DNA of 63,536 bases, the filler included, from an uncultured Methanosarcinales archaeon (GTDB taxonomy: Archaea; Nanobdellota; Nanobdellia; Woesearchaeales; CAXGTL01), in the NCBI GenBank assembly GCA_964535955.1. It is 6 parts of 6 records of this genome, joined end to end, with 100 filler letters (N's around TTAATTAATTAA, not from the genome) between each part and the next. Parts side by side here need not be neighbours in the genome. Positions count along the whole stretch, not along the records: positions 1 to 23,194 come from CAZHVK010000018.1; positions 23,295 to 37,439 come from CAZHVK010000019.1; 4 more parts are not named here. One strand, 5' to 3'. A program made the translations under genes and the position numbers. Shown here in pieces: positions 20,887 to 29,880 of the stretch (position 1 is the stretch's first letter; every line of letters starts with the position of its first letter). Below the pieces are notes generated by a model, which saw nothing but the letters and a program-made list of their open reading frames with translations, searched no databases and was not told the origin of the DNA.

Positions 20887-21237
20887 ATGGAAAAGAAAAT
20901 TGGATACTACAGTTTTGTTGTGGGTGCAATTATAGCATTACTTCTTGGATTAGCATTACCACAACTTGATGTAGCAAAACCATGGCTAATGTCTTTGTTA
21001 GTAATCTTAGGTTTAATAGTAGGTTTTTTAAATATTACAGGAAAAGAAACAAAAGATTACTTATTAATAGGTTTAGTATTGGTTCTAATTGCAGAATTTG
21101 GTGGTGGAGCTTTAGGAGATGTACAATGGCTTGGAACATTTTTACAAGGCATCTTTGATAGCTTAATGGCATTTATTGTACCAGCACTAACAATAGTTGC
21201 TTTGAAAGCAATATATGGACTATCAAAAAGTAGATAA
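20887..21237 (+). CDS. Small four-TM membrane protein
   Basis: AGGAGGT RBS; four hydrophobic segments. Confidence 0.8.
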   Translation: MEKKIGYYSFVVGAIIALLLGLALPQLDVAKPWLMSLLVILGLIVGFLNITGKETKDYLLIGLVLVLIAEFGGGALGDVQWLGTFLQGIFDSLMAFIVPALTIVALKAIYGLSKSR

Positions 21238-21248
21238 GTAAATAAACA

Positions 21249-21346
21249 TTTTATTTTTTTTTATTTTTTTTATTATCTTTTTCTAATATGTTTTAATATT
21301 ATAATAACAATAAAGAATTCTTAAAAAAAAGAAAAAAAATAAAAAA
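21249..21346. terminator. Oligo-T terminator region between convergent genes
   Basis: T-tracts at 21249-21271 after the + gene and A-tracts at 21323-21346 after the - gene. Confidence 0.5.
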
Positions 21347-21350
21347 TTAA

Positions 21351-22034
21351 TTAAAAGTTTCTTCTAATCCTTTTCCAATTACTAACAGCTTGTCCTTTTA
21401 ATCCAAGACCAAAGCTTAGTCCTACTGCCAATGCAAATGCTATAGATAATCCACCTAATAACATTAATATTGCATATTCAATAAACTGCACAGGAATACT
21501 TATTGTTCTTAAAGCAACTAATGTTACCATTACTATGATAATATACTTAAGAACATGTGCAACTGCTTTTGACCCTTTCATCTTACTATGGCTATCAATA
21601 AAATACCATACATAATGTCCTGTTAACAGACCTACTAATACAATTAACACTGCTGCAATCACTTTAGGTAAAAATTCTACAAATTGTAATAATGGTGCTT
21701 CTAGTGACCCTATTGCTGGGCCTAATATCTTTGCAAAAGCTGCTATGAATATTATCAAGATATACCATTTTACTAATTTTCCGATTATTCCTGATATGTG
21801 CGCTTTTCCAATTGCTTTTGACAAATGTAGTTTTTCTAATTCTTTATCCAAATGAAGCTTTTCCAAAAGAATTTTCACTATTCTACCTAATACTGATGCA
21901 ATTATGATTCCAATTATTAATATCAACAAAGCTGCTATTAAATTTGGAATCAGGTTTATTGTATCTGTCCACAGAATTTTCAAAGGATCAACAAATGCAT
22001 CTACATTAAACACTTGTGACCAGTCGACTGCCAT
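21351..22034 (-). CDS. TM-helix repeat membrane protein (MscS N-terminal/CmpX-like)
   Basis: Two repeats of PNLIAALLILIIG / PKVIAAVLIVLVG; ends ALAVGLSFGLG; GGGGTGA RBS. Confidence 0.8.
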   Translation of the reverse strand: MAVDWSQVFNVDAFVDPLKILWTDTINLIPNLIAALLILIIGIIIASVLGRIVKILLEKLHLDKELEKLHLSKAIGKAHISGIIGKLVKWYILIIFIAAFAKILGPAIGSLEAPLLQFVEFLPKVIAAVLIVLVGLLTGHYVWYFIDSHSKMKGSKAVAHVLKYIIIVMVTLVALRTISIPVQFIEYAILMLLGGLSIAFALAVGLSFGLGLKGQAVSNWKRIRRNF

Positions 22035-22276
22035 TTTTTATATCACCCCTTTTTTTAGCTAGCTAGTACATAAAGTACTATGATATAGTAGTTTTAGAAT
22101 AATGTTTTATAATACTTCGTAACTACTTTAGAATGGAAAGGAGAATATACATAAAAAACTAACAAATAATTAACAAATGTAAAATAAACAGATGTAAATA
22201 ATAAAAAAGAAACAAGAAAACAAAAAAGAAATCAAAAAGAAACAAAGAAAATAAAAAAAAATAAAAAAAACAAAAT

Positions 22277-23472
22277 TCAAAACTTTTTAGAGCTCTTACC
22301 TAACAGATATGCAATCAATAATACAATCACAAGCACGCCTAAGATATATCCCCATACTGGGATTCCTCCAGGTCCTCCTGCATGTATATCAACTTCAGAT
22401 GCTTTACATTCTGATTTACCTTCAGGACATTTAACATCTGCATTTGCTCCTGCTACTACAAATGGCACTGTTTTATCTAGTCTAAGTTCTCTGTAATGAG
22501 AGTCTTGAACAACTTTAACATATTCATTGTTTGTTTTTAGATATTCTTTCATTGATGTTGTATCTCCTTCAGTTACTTTTTTTCCTGCTATCACTACTTC
22601 TGCTCCTTCTGCTGTAGCACTGTTTACAGTTATTGATAAAGCACCGATTGTGCCTTCTACACCAACTTCTAATACTTTTGCTTCTCCATCAACACTGATT
22701 TCTGCTTTTGCTGGTACACCTTCTACTGCTGCAACAGCTTCTACTGCTTCTACTGCTTCAATAGCTGGTTCTGTTTCAGTTGCTTCGTGTGCTTCTACTG
22801 CTTCGACAGCTTCTACTGCTTCTACTGCTTCCACACCTTCTGTAAAAGAAACTAATTTCACATCAAAACCAGAAATATCTTGCTCTTCTAATGTCAAAGA
22901 ACCTTCAAAATCAACATCCACGGTTACATCATCAACTGATTCAACTGTTTCTTTAAATGGAATATATTTAAAAGTACAGTCTGCTCTTTTATCACCTGCA
23001 GTGCTTGACTCTAGTGTCAAAGACATAGACTCTTGTGTAGGTCCAACATCCATTGTAAATTTAGGACTTACATATTGTGCACCACTACCAGTGCTTGCAC
23101 CTAGTGCAGAGCTAATTACAGCATCGTCTGGTGTTCTGCAAAAGATAAATCCTTCTACTTTATGTGTAAAATCTGTATTTACAACATCAAAGATNNNNNN
23201 NNNNNNNNNNNNNNNNNNNNNNNNNNNNNNNNNNNNNNTTAATTAATTAANNNNNNNNNNNNNNNNNNNNNNNNNNNNNNNNNNNNNNNNNNNNAAAAGA
23301 TAAATCCTTCTACTTTATGTGTAAAATCTGTATTTACAACATCAAAGATTAGTTCAGCTGATTTTTCTCCTGCAATTCCTGGATTTGTTCTTTTCATTTG
23401 TATGCTCAAGTCTGCGTTAGCAAAGCTCATAAGCATTACTGCCATTACCAAGAAAGCTAATATTCTTTTCAT
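22277..23472 (-). CDS. Membrane-anchored surface protein with (VEA)n repeats; one 346-aa gene split by an assembly gap
   Basis: 23140-23194 equals 23295-23349 (55-bp overlap). Merging gives 1041 nt in frame: signal peptide, ...KVEGFIFCRTPDD..., C-terminal TM and basic tail. GGAGGAG RBS. Confidence 0.85.
23195..23294. other. Assembly gap with artificial six-frame-stop linker
   Basis: N44-TTAATTAATTAA-N44. Same linker at 37440-37539, 46045-46144, 54023-54122 and 61744-61843; plain N100 at 40551-40650. Confidence 0.97.
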
Positions 23473-23593
23473 TTTTTATCTCCTCCTTTTGTTTTATTTT
23501 ATTAATTATTCCTTATTAGGAATATGACTCTTATTGATTTGTTAGTCTTTGTGTTTATTTTCTTTATATTTAAATCTTTTCAAAGCTTTGAAA

Positions 23594-24277
23594 TCATTTC
23601 TTTTTATAAACTACAAAACTCCCAGCCATTTTATCATGCCATCCTTGTTTTCTAGGATCCCAACATACTGCTATATATCCAATCATAAAAAGTACCATAC
23701 CAAGCAAAGGACCAAGGCCAGGGATAGTAATCAATATAAATGAACCTATTGATATTACAAATGGATAAACAAAATGTCTTACAATTGCTCTTCCAATACC
23801 AAGGTTTTCACCATCTTGATTAATTGTTTTTAATCCGCAGATTCTTTTGCCAAGAGTAGCACCTAATCCATCCATTATGACAAAGTAAAGAAGATTTAAA
23901 AAACCAATAATAAATACTGAGATAATAACTCCTATTCCACTCATCATCTCAATCACTTCAGTATCTGTTATATTATATACAGCACCAAATACAATTAACA
24001 TTAAAATAGTAATTATAATAATATTAGGTATGAGCAAGATAAAATTATCTAACATCCTTGCTAAAACTCTTATCCAAAAACCACCATAATGATAATCTGA
24101 TGGAGATGGTGTTAATTTAGTTGTTTTTGATCTTGATTTTGTTGGTTTATCTGATTTCTTAGATTTTGTTTCTTTAACTTTTGTTTTTTTAGCTTCACCT
24201 GCTTCTATTTTTTTTCCACAGTTTTCACAAAAACCTGCATCAGCATCATTTTTTGCCCCACATCTTGCACATCTCAT
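23594..24277 (-). CDS. RDD family membrane protein with N-terminal zinc ribbon
   Basis: CARCG...FCENCG; GFWIRVLARMLD, TLGKRICGL, QGWHDKMAGS. ATG 24277 follows a GAGGTGA RBS. Confidence 0.9.
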   Translation of the reverse strand: MRCARCGAKNDADAGFCENCGKKIEAGEAKKTKVKETKSKKSDKPTKSRSKTTKLTPSPSDYHYGGFWIRVLARMLDNFILLIPNIIIITILMLIVFGAVYNITDTEVIEMMSGIGVIISVFIIGFLNLLYFVIMDGLGATLGKRICGLKTINQDGENLGIGRAIVRHFVYPFVISIGSFILITIPGLGPLLGMVLFMIGYIAVCWDPRKQGWHDKMAGSFVVYKKK

Positions 24278-24319
24278 TTTCTTATTCACCTCTAAAATGT
24301 TAAGTATAAATATTAAATA

Positions 24320-26860
24320 TTAAAACCACCTTTGACGAGCACCGCATTTTTTACAAAACTTTGAACCTGGTGTTATTTTTTTCCCACATTTTTTGCAAAA
24401 TTTACGTGCTTTGGATTTTTCTACTTTTTCCTCTTTTTCGTGTTTTTTGTGTTTATCTTGTTTTTCTTTTTTCAATTTTGCTTTTTCTTCTGCACTTTTG
24501 GATTTATATTTTACATCTTTCTCATTAACAAAATCCATATATTCTTCTCTTAATAATTTATCATTAAAATCAGATATTCCTATTTTCTTCTTAATTCTTC
24601 TCTTGATTGCTGAAACAGAAGGTGAGTGTCTTTTTGAAATCACGTCGTCACCAACAATCTTAAGAGCTTTCTTAATCCTAAACCTTTCCCTTCTTTCAGT
24701 AGCAAATGCTTTGTCTTCTTTGTGTTTTATCATATCTTTCTCATGCTGTTGCTTTAGTCTTATCTTATCTGTTCCCACTCTTAATTTTTTAAAATAAATC
24801 ACACTTCCAACAATTATCAAAATAACTACAAGCAGTCCTATCAAAAATCCATGAGGTCTTGCACTACAAGATTTTTTTCCTTCTTTACATGAATAAGAAT
24901 AAAAACCAGTGTCATCAGGACACCCAGCATCAATGCAGCATGTTTCACTAGTTTCTCCTTCTTCAACCTTGCCATTACCACACTGTACAACACTAACAAT
25001 TGTTGCATCTTCTAATTCTATTTTCTTCTTACCATAATGATAAGTAACAAGAGATCCCATAAATGAAACAGCATCAGAACTTCCCCTTATCTTCAAAGTA
25101 ATGTCTTTTTTACCTCCAGCAGGAATATTTGTTTTATCTGATTTACATTGATTACCTGAACATTGGTCACCTGATAAAATATCAACAATCTCAACACCAT
25201 CTCCTAAGTTTAAAGTAATATCAGCAACAACATCTTCATCCAAAGGATTTGCAACACTTAATGATATGGTTGTCTCATCACCAACATCCAATGTTGCTTT
25301 TGATGAAGTAATATCTACATTAAGACCTTTTATACATTGTCTTAAAGAATCGTCGCATATTCTTTCTTCACATTGAAAATCACATTCACAAGGATCATTT
25401 AACATTAAACCCTCTTTTCTCAAACATTTACCATTACAAACATCATAATCTTCATGACACCCACAGATTGCATTATCTTCTCCAGGTAATTGATGACATA
25501 TTGTTGGACATGGCATGTCAGGACTATTAACTTCTGTTGAACCAGTACACTGATTATTTCTGCATGTCCCACTTTTCTTAATAAGAATTTCATATCTTTC
25601 TTTATTATTAGCACATCTGAATCTTCCTGTATGCTCATTCTCTGCTTTTGTTGTGCAGTCTACATTAGTTCTGCATTCTACACATTGTCTATTCATACAA
25701 AATTTATCATAACATTTATTATCTGCTCTTCCGCAATTTTCATCTGAATCAAGGTCAACACACTTACCTGCTTGTGTACATGCTTGTTGACCATCATCAC
25801 AACCAGCATCTTTCCAACAATTTTTACAATTTTCATCTGAATCTTTTTTACCATTGCCGCATTTTAATCTACATATTTTATTAACACATTCTTTATTACT
25901 AGCACATCTATTACCAATCCAGCCACAGTTACTATCTGAATTAAGATTTATACATTTTCCTTTACTACAAAGACTATCACCGCCGCACTTATTACCACAG
26001 CTTCCACAATTATTTTCATCATAGTTCATATCAGCCCAAAAACCATTGCAACAATTTTCTTGTGCACAATTTTCACCAGGATCACAGAGTCCATCACCGC
26101 AATGTGTTGATGAAGATCTGCAAGTGCTATGTACACAGTTTCCTCCTTGACATTGATCAGCATTATAACAATATTCTCCATCTGATTTTTTACATGTGCC
26201 GCAATCACCTAAACAAGATGTACATGTTTCGCCTGCATTACATGAACCATCACCACACCAGTCACAGTCTGCGTGACAAGAATATGCTTCAGATGAATCA
26301 CATGAACCATCACCGCAAACAGGTTGATTAGAAATACATTCTCCATTAGAACAAACCTTGCCAGAAGCACATCTCAGAGGTCTGCCCCATGTTGCACATT
26401 CTCCACTTTCTGTACATGTTTTTAAGCTTGTTGTACCTTCACATTTTGTTTCTCCTGGAGAACATTCACTAGAGCATGGAGGATCAAAATATACCTCTCT
26501 TCCTCCACCACTTTCTGTATTAAATGTTAAATGATAAGCAGCTGTACCTGCTGAAGTATCACACGCACTAAGATAAAAATTTAGATTATGTTGGTTAGTA
26601 ATTATATGAGTTCCTGACTCTGTAGTAATTTTTTCAAAATAAGATGAACTTAATCTTGGGCCTGTACCTTGCCATATCCAGAAACTGCAACCATTATAAG
26701 CAGGAAGTGTTTCTATAAATTCAATAGAATATTTTGTTCCATACACATCTTCTATAGTTGTTGTTCCAACAGAAGAAAAAGTTGCAATTGTTAATTGAGA
26801 TAATAAGATAAATATGATTAATAATACAGGAAATCTGACTATCCATCTCTTTTTTATCAT
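24320..26860 (-). CDS. Cys-rich single-pass surface protein with Ig-like domain and C-terminal cytoplasmic zinc ribbon
   Basis: Signal peptide, CGDGxC and NCGxCGNxC repeats, beta-rich domain, TM (FLIGLLVVILIIVGSVIYF), basic tail, FCKKCG...FCKKCG. Confidence 0.85.
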   Translation of the reverse strand: MIKKRWIVRFPVLLIIFILLSQLTIATFSSVGTTTIEDVYGTKYSIEFIETLPAYNGCSFWIWQGTGPRLSSSYFEKITTESGTHIITNQHNLNFYLSACDTSAGTAAYHLTFNTESGGGREVYFDPPCSSECSPGETKCEGTTSLKTCTESGECATWGRPLRCASGKVCSNGECISNQPVCGDGSCDSSEAYSCHADCDWCGDGSCNAGETCTSCLGDCGTCKKSDGEYCYNADQCQGGNCVHSTCRSSSTHCGDGLCDPGENCAQENCCNGFWADMNYDENNCGSCGNKCGGDSLCSKGKCINLNSDSNCGWIGNRCASNKECVNKICRLKCGNGKKDSDENCKNCWKDAGCDDGQQACTQAGKCVDLDSDENCGRADNKCYDKFCMNRQCVECRTNVDCTTKAENEHTGRFRCANNKERYEILIKKSGTCRNNQCTGSTEVNSPDMPCPTICHQLPGEDNAICGCHEDYDVCNGKCLRKEGLMLNDPCECDFQCEERICDDSLRQCIKGLNVDITSSKATLDVGDETTISLSVANPLDEDVVADITLNLGDGVEIVDILSGDQCSGNQCKSDKTNIPAGGKKDITLKIRGSSDAVSFMGSLVTYHYGKKKIELEDATIVSVVQCGNGKVEEGETSETCCIDAGCPDDTGFYSYSCKEGKKSCSARPHGFLIGLLVVILIIVGSVIYFKKLRVGTDKIRLKQQHEKDMIKHKEDKAFATERRERFRIKKALKIVGDDVISKRHSPSVSAIKRRIKKKIGISDFNDKLLREEYMDFVNEKDVKYKSKSAEEKAKLKKEKQDKHKKHEKEEKVEKSKARKFCKKCGKKITPGSKFCKKCGARQRWF

Positions 26861-26931
26861 AATAATCTATTTTATATGATATGTATATATAAAGCTTTTG
26901 TATGCTTCTATTAGAATTAAAGTAAAGCATA

Positions 26932-26991
26932 TATTAACAAGTAATAAAGCGTATTAACAAGTAATCAAGCATATTAACAAGTAATCAACAA
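26932..26991. repeat. Three tandem 20-bp repeats (TATTAACAAGTAATmAAsmr)
   Basis: Units start at 26932, 26952 and 26972 in the divergent intergenic region. Confidence 0.85.
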
Positions 26992-27021
26992 ATGATAAAC
27001 AAATAATAAACAGATTAATAT

Positions 27022-27138
27022 AGTATGTGCATAGCGCCAGTATTGGCAAGGGAGCAAAGGTTAGAATTGTAAAACCTAACTGTTACTCAATTTGTTATTG
27101 TATGCACATTGAGTATGCGAACGAGCTATGCACGTACT
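27022..27138 (+). ncRNA. Putative structured non-coding element (ncRNA or MITE-like), copy 1
   Basis: Closing stem AGTATGTGCATAGC/GCTATGCACGTACT, GCC-N6-GGC hairpin, AAGGGAGCA, stem TACTCAAT/ATTGAGTA, TGCGAACGAGC. Same layout as 29666..29830. Strand guessed from G-U wobbles. Confidence 0.6.
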
Positions 27139-27214
27139 TAATATAGATAATTTTATATATTAATCAAACATTAGAGATACTAGACAACAATTAATAAAAA
27201 AAACAGGTGAATAA

Positions 27215-29293
27215 ATGTCAGATCTAATAATAGGTAAAGATTTACATGGAAAACAATTCAAACTACCTAGTAATGTATTAAAAAAACACCTTATTGCACT
27301 TGGCAATTCTGGTTCTGGAAAAACAGTTTTATGCAAGACAATTATTGAAGAAGCTTCGATAAAGGGAATTCCATGCATTCTTGTTGATCCTCAAGGTGAT
27401 TTAGCATCTCTAATCAAACCATTGAGTTCTGAAGAAGCTAAAAAGCATAAAATTGATATGAAAAAAGTAAATTCATACAAGAACAAAACAAGAATAACAA
27501 TCTTTACACCAACTTCATCAAAAGGAATTCCAATCTCAATCAATCCTCTTAAACTACCTACTAAAAAAATTGATAAAGAAGATTTAGTAGGAATCATTAA
27601 TCAAATCTCTTCATCTATCTGCAATGTTATAGGGTATAAACAAGACAAAGCAAAAGCAGCAGAATCTTTGCTCTATCTATTACTAATGCATTGTTATAAA
27701 AATAAGATACAACTTAACACATTCAATAAACTGATTGATATGATTATTAATATGCCTGTTTCTTTGAAAAAAGATGCAAAGCAGTTAATGCCTGATACAA
27801 ATGAGTTGGTCAGGAAATTGAAGTTCTTGACAATCGGTGAAAAGGAATTATTGTTTCAGTTTGGTGTTCCATTAGATATTGAGATGTTGTTAGGCAAAGG
27901 TGTTAAAAAAACACAGGTTTCCATAATCTACTTAAACAGTCTTAATAATTTAAAAGATAAACAATTCTTTTTATCAACATTGTCAACAGAATTATACAAA
28001 CACATGCTGATGCACCCTTCTAAATCTCTGCAAGCATTGTTTTATATTGATGAAATTTCTCCTTATCTTCCTGCAGGTGCGCTCAAACCAGTAACAAAAC
28101 CTATCCTAAAGCTGTTGTATAAACAAGCTAGAAAATATGGAATAGGTTGTATTGTTGCAACCCAAAATCCAGGTGATATTGATTATACTGCTTTTGCACA
28201 GTTTGGTACATGGTGCATTGGAAGGCTCACAACTAAACAGGATAAAGCAAAAATAAAAGGTGCTTTAGAATCACTTGCTGCAAACCAGCTTAACTCAATC
28301 TTAACAAAAATGTCAAAACTAAAACCAGGTGAATTCATTGTTTTTAGTCCAGATATTTTCAAAAAAATTCAAGACATAAAAGTAAGATGGTTACTGACAG
28401 ATCATTCTACTTTAAATGATGTTGAGGTTAAAACTTTAACAACTGACGAACTTAGGAAAGAATATGATAAATTCATGGTAAAAAAGATTGAACAGGATAT
28501 GGAAAATGTTGAAGAAGAAGTTAAGGATGTTAATGTTAAGAAAGGTGAAGACCTTCACCTGCCTCTTGTGATCACAAAAGAAAAAATTAGCAAGATGGTC
28601 GAGAAAAGTAAAAAAAAGAAATTTATTTTATTTGGAAAAAAGACAGAGAATGTAGAAAAATTTAAATTAGAACTTTACCCTTTATTTTTAGTGACTGTCC
28701 GTAAACATGAATCAAAATTTCTTGGTTTGAAAAAAGAAGTTAATGAATATAAAATATTTTTTGATGGGTTTGACGGTGAACTTGTTCGTTTTAAAAGCAA
28801 CAAGATTAAGTCATACAAAGAAACAATCGACATAATGAAATTAACAGAGACAGAACAGCTTATCTTTATCCAATTATTGAATAATAAGAAGATGACATCA
28901 CAGGAAGTTGGTATGAAACTTGGTCTAAGTGATGCTTTTGTCAACAAAACATTGCATGACATGACTAAGAAAAAAGCAGTAACTTATGAAAAGATTCCTA
29001 AGACAAAAGCTTTTGCTTGGAAAACTTTGATTGATGTTGATTTCTCATCTAAACTTAAAAAATTAGTTTACATACCTGAACTAGTTGATGATGAAATCAA
29101 TGCAAAAAAATTGTCACCAAAAGTTGATCTTGGTCTGCTTGGCAGGTTTGTTAGGATATGGTTTAAAGGAGAGATTGTAGAGGCTGAGATTGTTTACATA
29201 CCAGTTTATAGTATCACTTTAGTTTCTAAAAACAAAAAAAGACAGTTAAGAATTGATGGAGTTTCTGGAAAAGAGTTTAAGGTTTATGATTGA
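27215..29293 (+). CDS. HerA/FtsK-superfamily ATPase (DUF87/DUF853-like) with C-terminal winged-helix region
   Basis: Walker A GNSGSGKT, LVDPQGD, Walker B FYIDE, ARKYGIGCIVATQNPGD; AGGTGA RBS; HTH-like TSQEVGMKLGLSDAFVNKTL. Confidence 0.88.
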   Translation: MSDLIIGKDLHGKQFKLPSNVLKKHLIALGNSGSGKTVLCKTIIEEASIKGIPCILVDPQGDLASLIKPLSSEEAKKHKIDMKKVNSYKNKTRITIFTPTSSKGIPISINPLKLPTKKIDKEDLVGIINQISSSICNVIGYKQDKAKAAESLLYLLLMHCYKNKIQLNTFNKLIDMIINMPVSLKKDAKQLMPDTNELVRKLKFLTIGEKELLFQFGVPLDIEMLLGKGVKKTQVSIIYLNSLNNLKDKQFFLSTLSTELYKHMLMHPSKSLQALFYIDEISPYLPAGALKPVTKPILKLLYKQARKYGIGCIVATQNPGDIDYTAFAQFGTWCIGRLTTKQDKAKIKGALESLAANQLNSILTKMSKLKPGEFIVFSPDIFKKIQDIKVRWLLTDHSTLNDVEVKTLTTDELRKEYDKFMVKKIEQDMENVEEEVKDVNVKKGEDLHLPLVITKEKISKMVEKSKKKKFILFGKKTENVEKFKLELYPLFLVTVRKHESKFLGLKKEVNEYKIFFDGFDGELVRFKSNKIKSYKETIDIMKLTETEQLIFIQLLNNKKMTSQEVGMKLGLSDAFVNKTLHDMTKKKAVTYEKIPKTKAFAWKTLIDVDFSSKLKKLVYIPELVDDEINAKKLSPKVDLGLLGRFVRIWFKGEIVEAEIVYIPVYSITLVSKNKKRQLRIDGVSGKEFKVYD

Positions 29294-29311
29294 TTATGAT
29301 TTTGTATTTGT

Positions 29312-29659
29312 TTAATCAACAAATTTAATCTCATTAATAATTATCTGAGGCTCATTATTATATTCATCAACCTTGCCAATTATTTCTACCAAGTCTCCTT
29401 TCTCGATAGTGATATTGCCTTTCTTAAACAACAATGCATTCACCTTTGCTTTTTCTGATATTTCTATAAACATTACTTTGTCTCTGTCAGTGACTTTTGT
29501 CACCATTCCAGTCACTTTAACTGATTGCTCAATATCTCCCATTGTTATTTTATCTATTTGTTTGTCACCTATTTCTATGCTTTGTGCTAATATGAAGAGA
29601 AGTATGAGGCCTAGTAATGAGCCAATTATTGATATTTTTTTTAAGGTTTTTTCTTGCAT
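29312..29659 (-). CDS. Membrane-anchored OB-fold protein
   Basis: MQEKTLKKISIIGSLLGLILLFIL anchor; VKVTGMV...GDLVEIIGKVDEY OB-fold pattern. Confidence 0.8.
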   Translation of the reverse strand: MQEKTLKKISIIGSLLGLILLFILAQSIEIGDKQIDKITMGDIEQSVKVTGMVTKVTDRDKVMFIEISEKAKVNALLFKKGNITIEKGDLVEIIGKVDEYNNEPQIIINEIKFVD

Positions 29660-29665
29660 TTTAAA

Positions 29666-29830
29666 GTGTATGTGGCGCCTGTTAAGGCCTGTCATAAATG
29701 CAGAGCATTTATGAGCATGATCAGAAACCCACTGGTTTCTGACAAGTGAGCACAAAGATTAATGGTGACACTGTTGGAACTTTTCATGTGACAATATTTA
29801 GGATGAAAAGTGCGAACGAGCCACATACAC
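29666..29830 (+). ncRNA. Putative structured non-coding element (ncRNA or MITE-like), copy 2
   Basis: Closing stem GTGTATGTGGC/GCCACATACAC, GCC-N6-GGC, two extra perfect hairpins, AAGTGAGCA, stem CTTTTCAT/ATGAAAAG, TGCGAACGAGC. Confidence 0.6.
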
Positions 29831-29880
29831 AATAGAAAACAACAACATATATAAATAAGTAATTACACTAAAAACTATAT

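Noticed and set aside
22070..22095. Short palindrome TAGTAC-N5-GTACTA upstream of the TM-helix gene
   Set aside because: Single 6-bp inverted repeat in AT-rich DNA with no second copy seen; not distinguishable from chance.
22527..23246. 239-aa + strand Ser/Thr/Ala-rich ORF
   Set aside because: Antisense shadow of the real - strand surface protein; ends only at the artificial linker.
23239..23250. Recurrent palindrome TTAATTAATTAA (five times)
   Set aside because: Always centred in N44/N44 gaps; an artificial six-frame-stop linker. It also creates false ORF ends in the track.
26932..26991. Possible CRISPR mini-array
   Set aside because: Repeats are head-to-tail with no unique spacers and no cas genes.
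29660..29755. 32-aa N-terminal extension of the OB-fold ORF in the track
   Set aside because: It runs through the structured element; ATG 29659 gives a normal membrane-anchor N-terminus.
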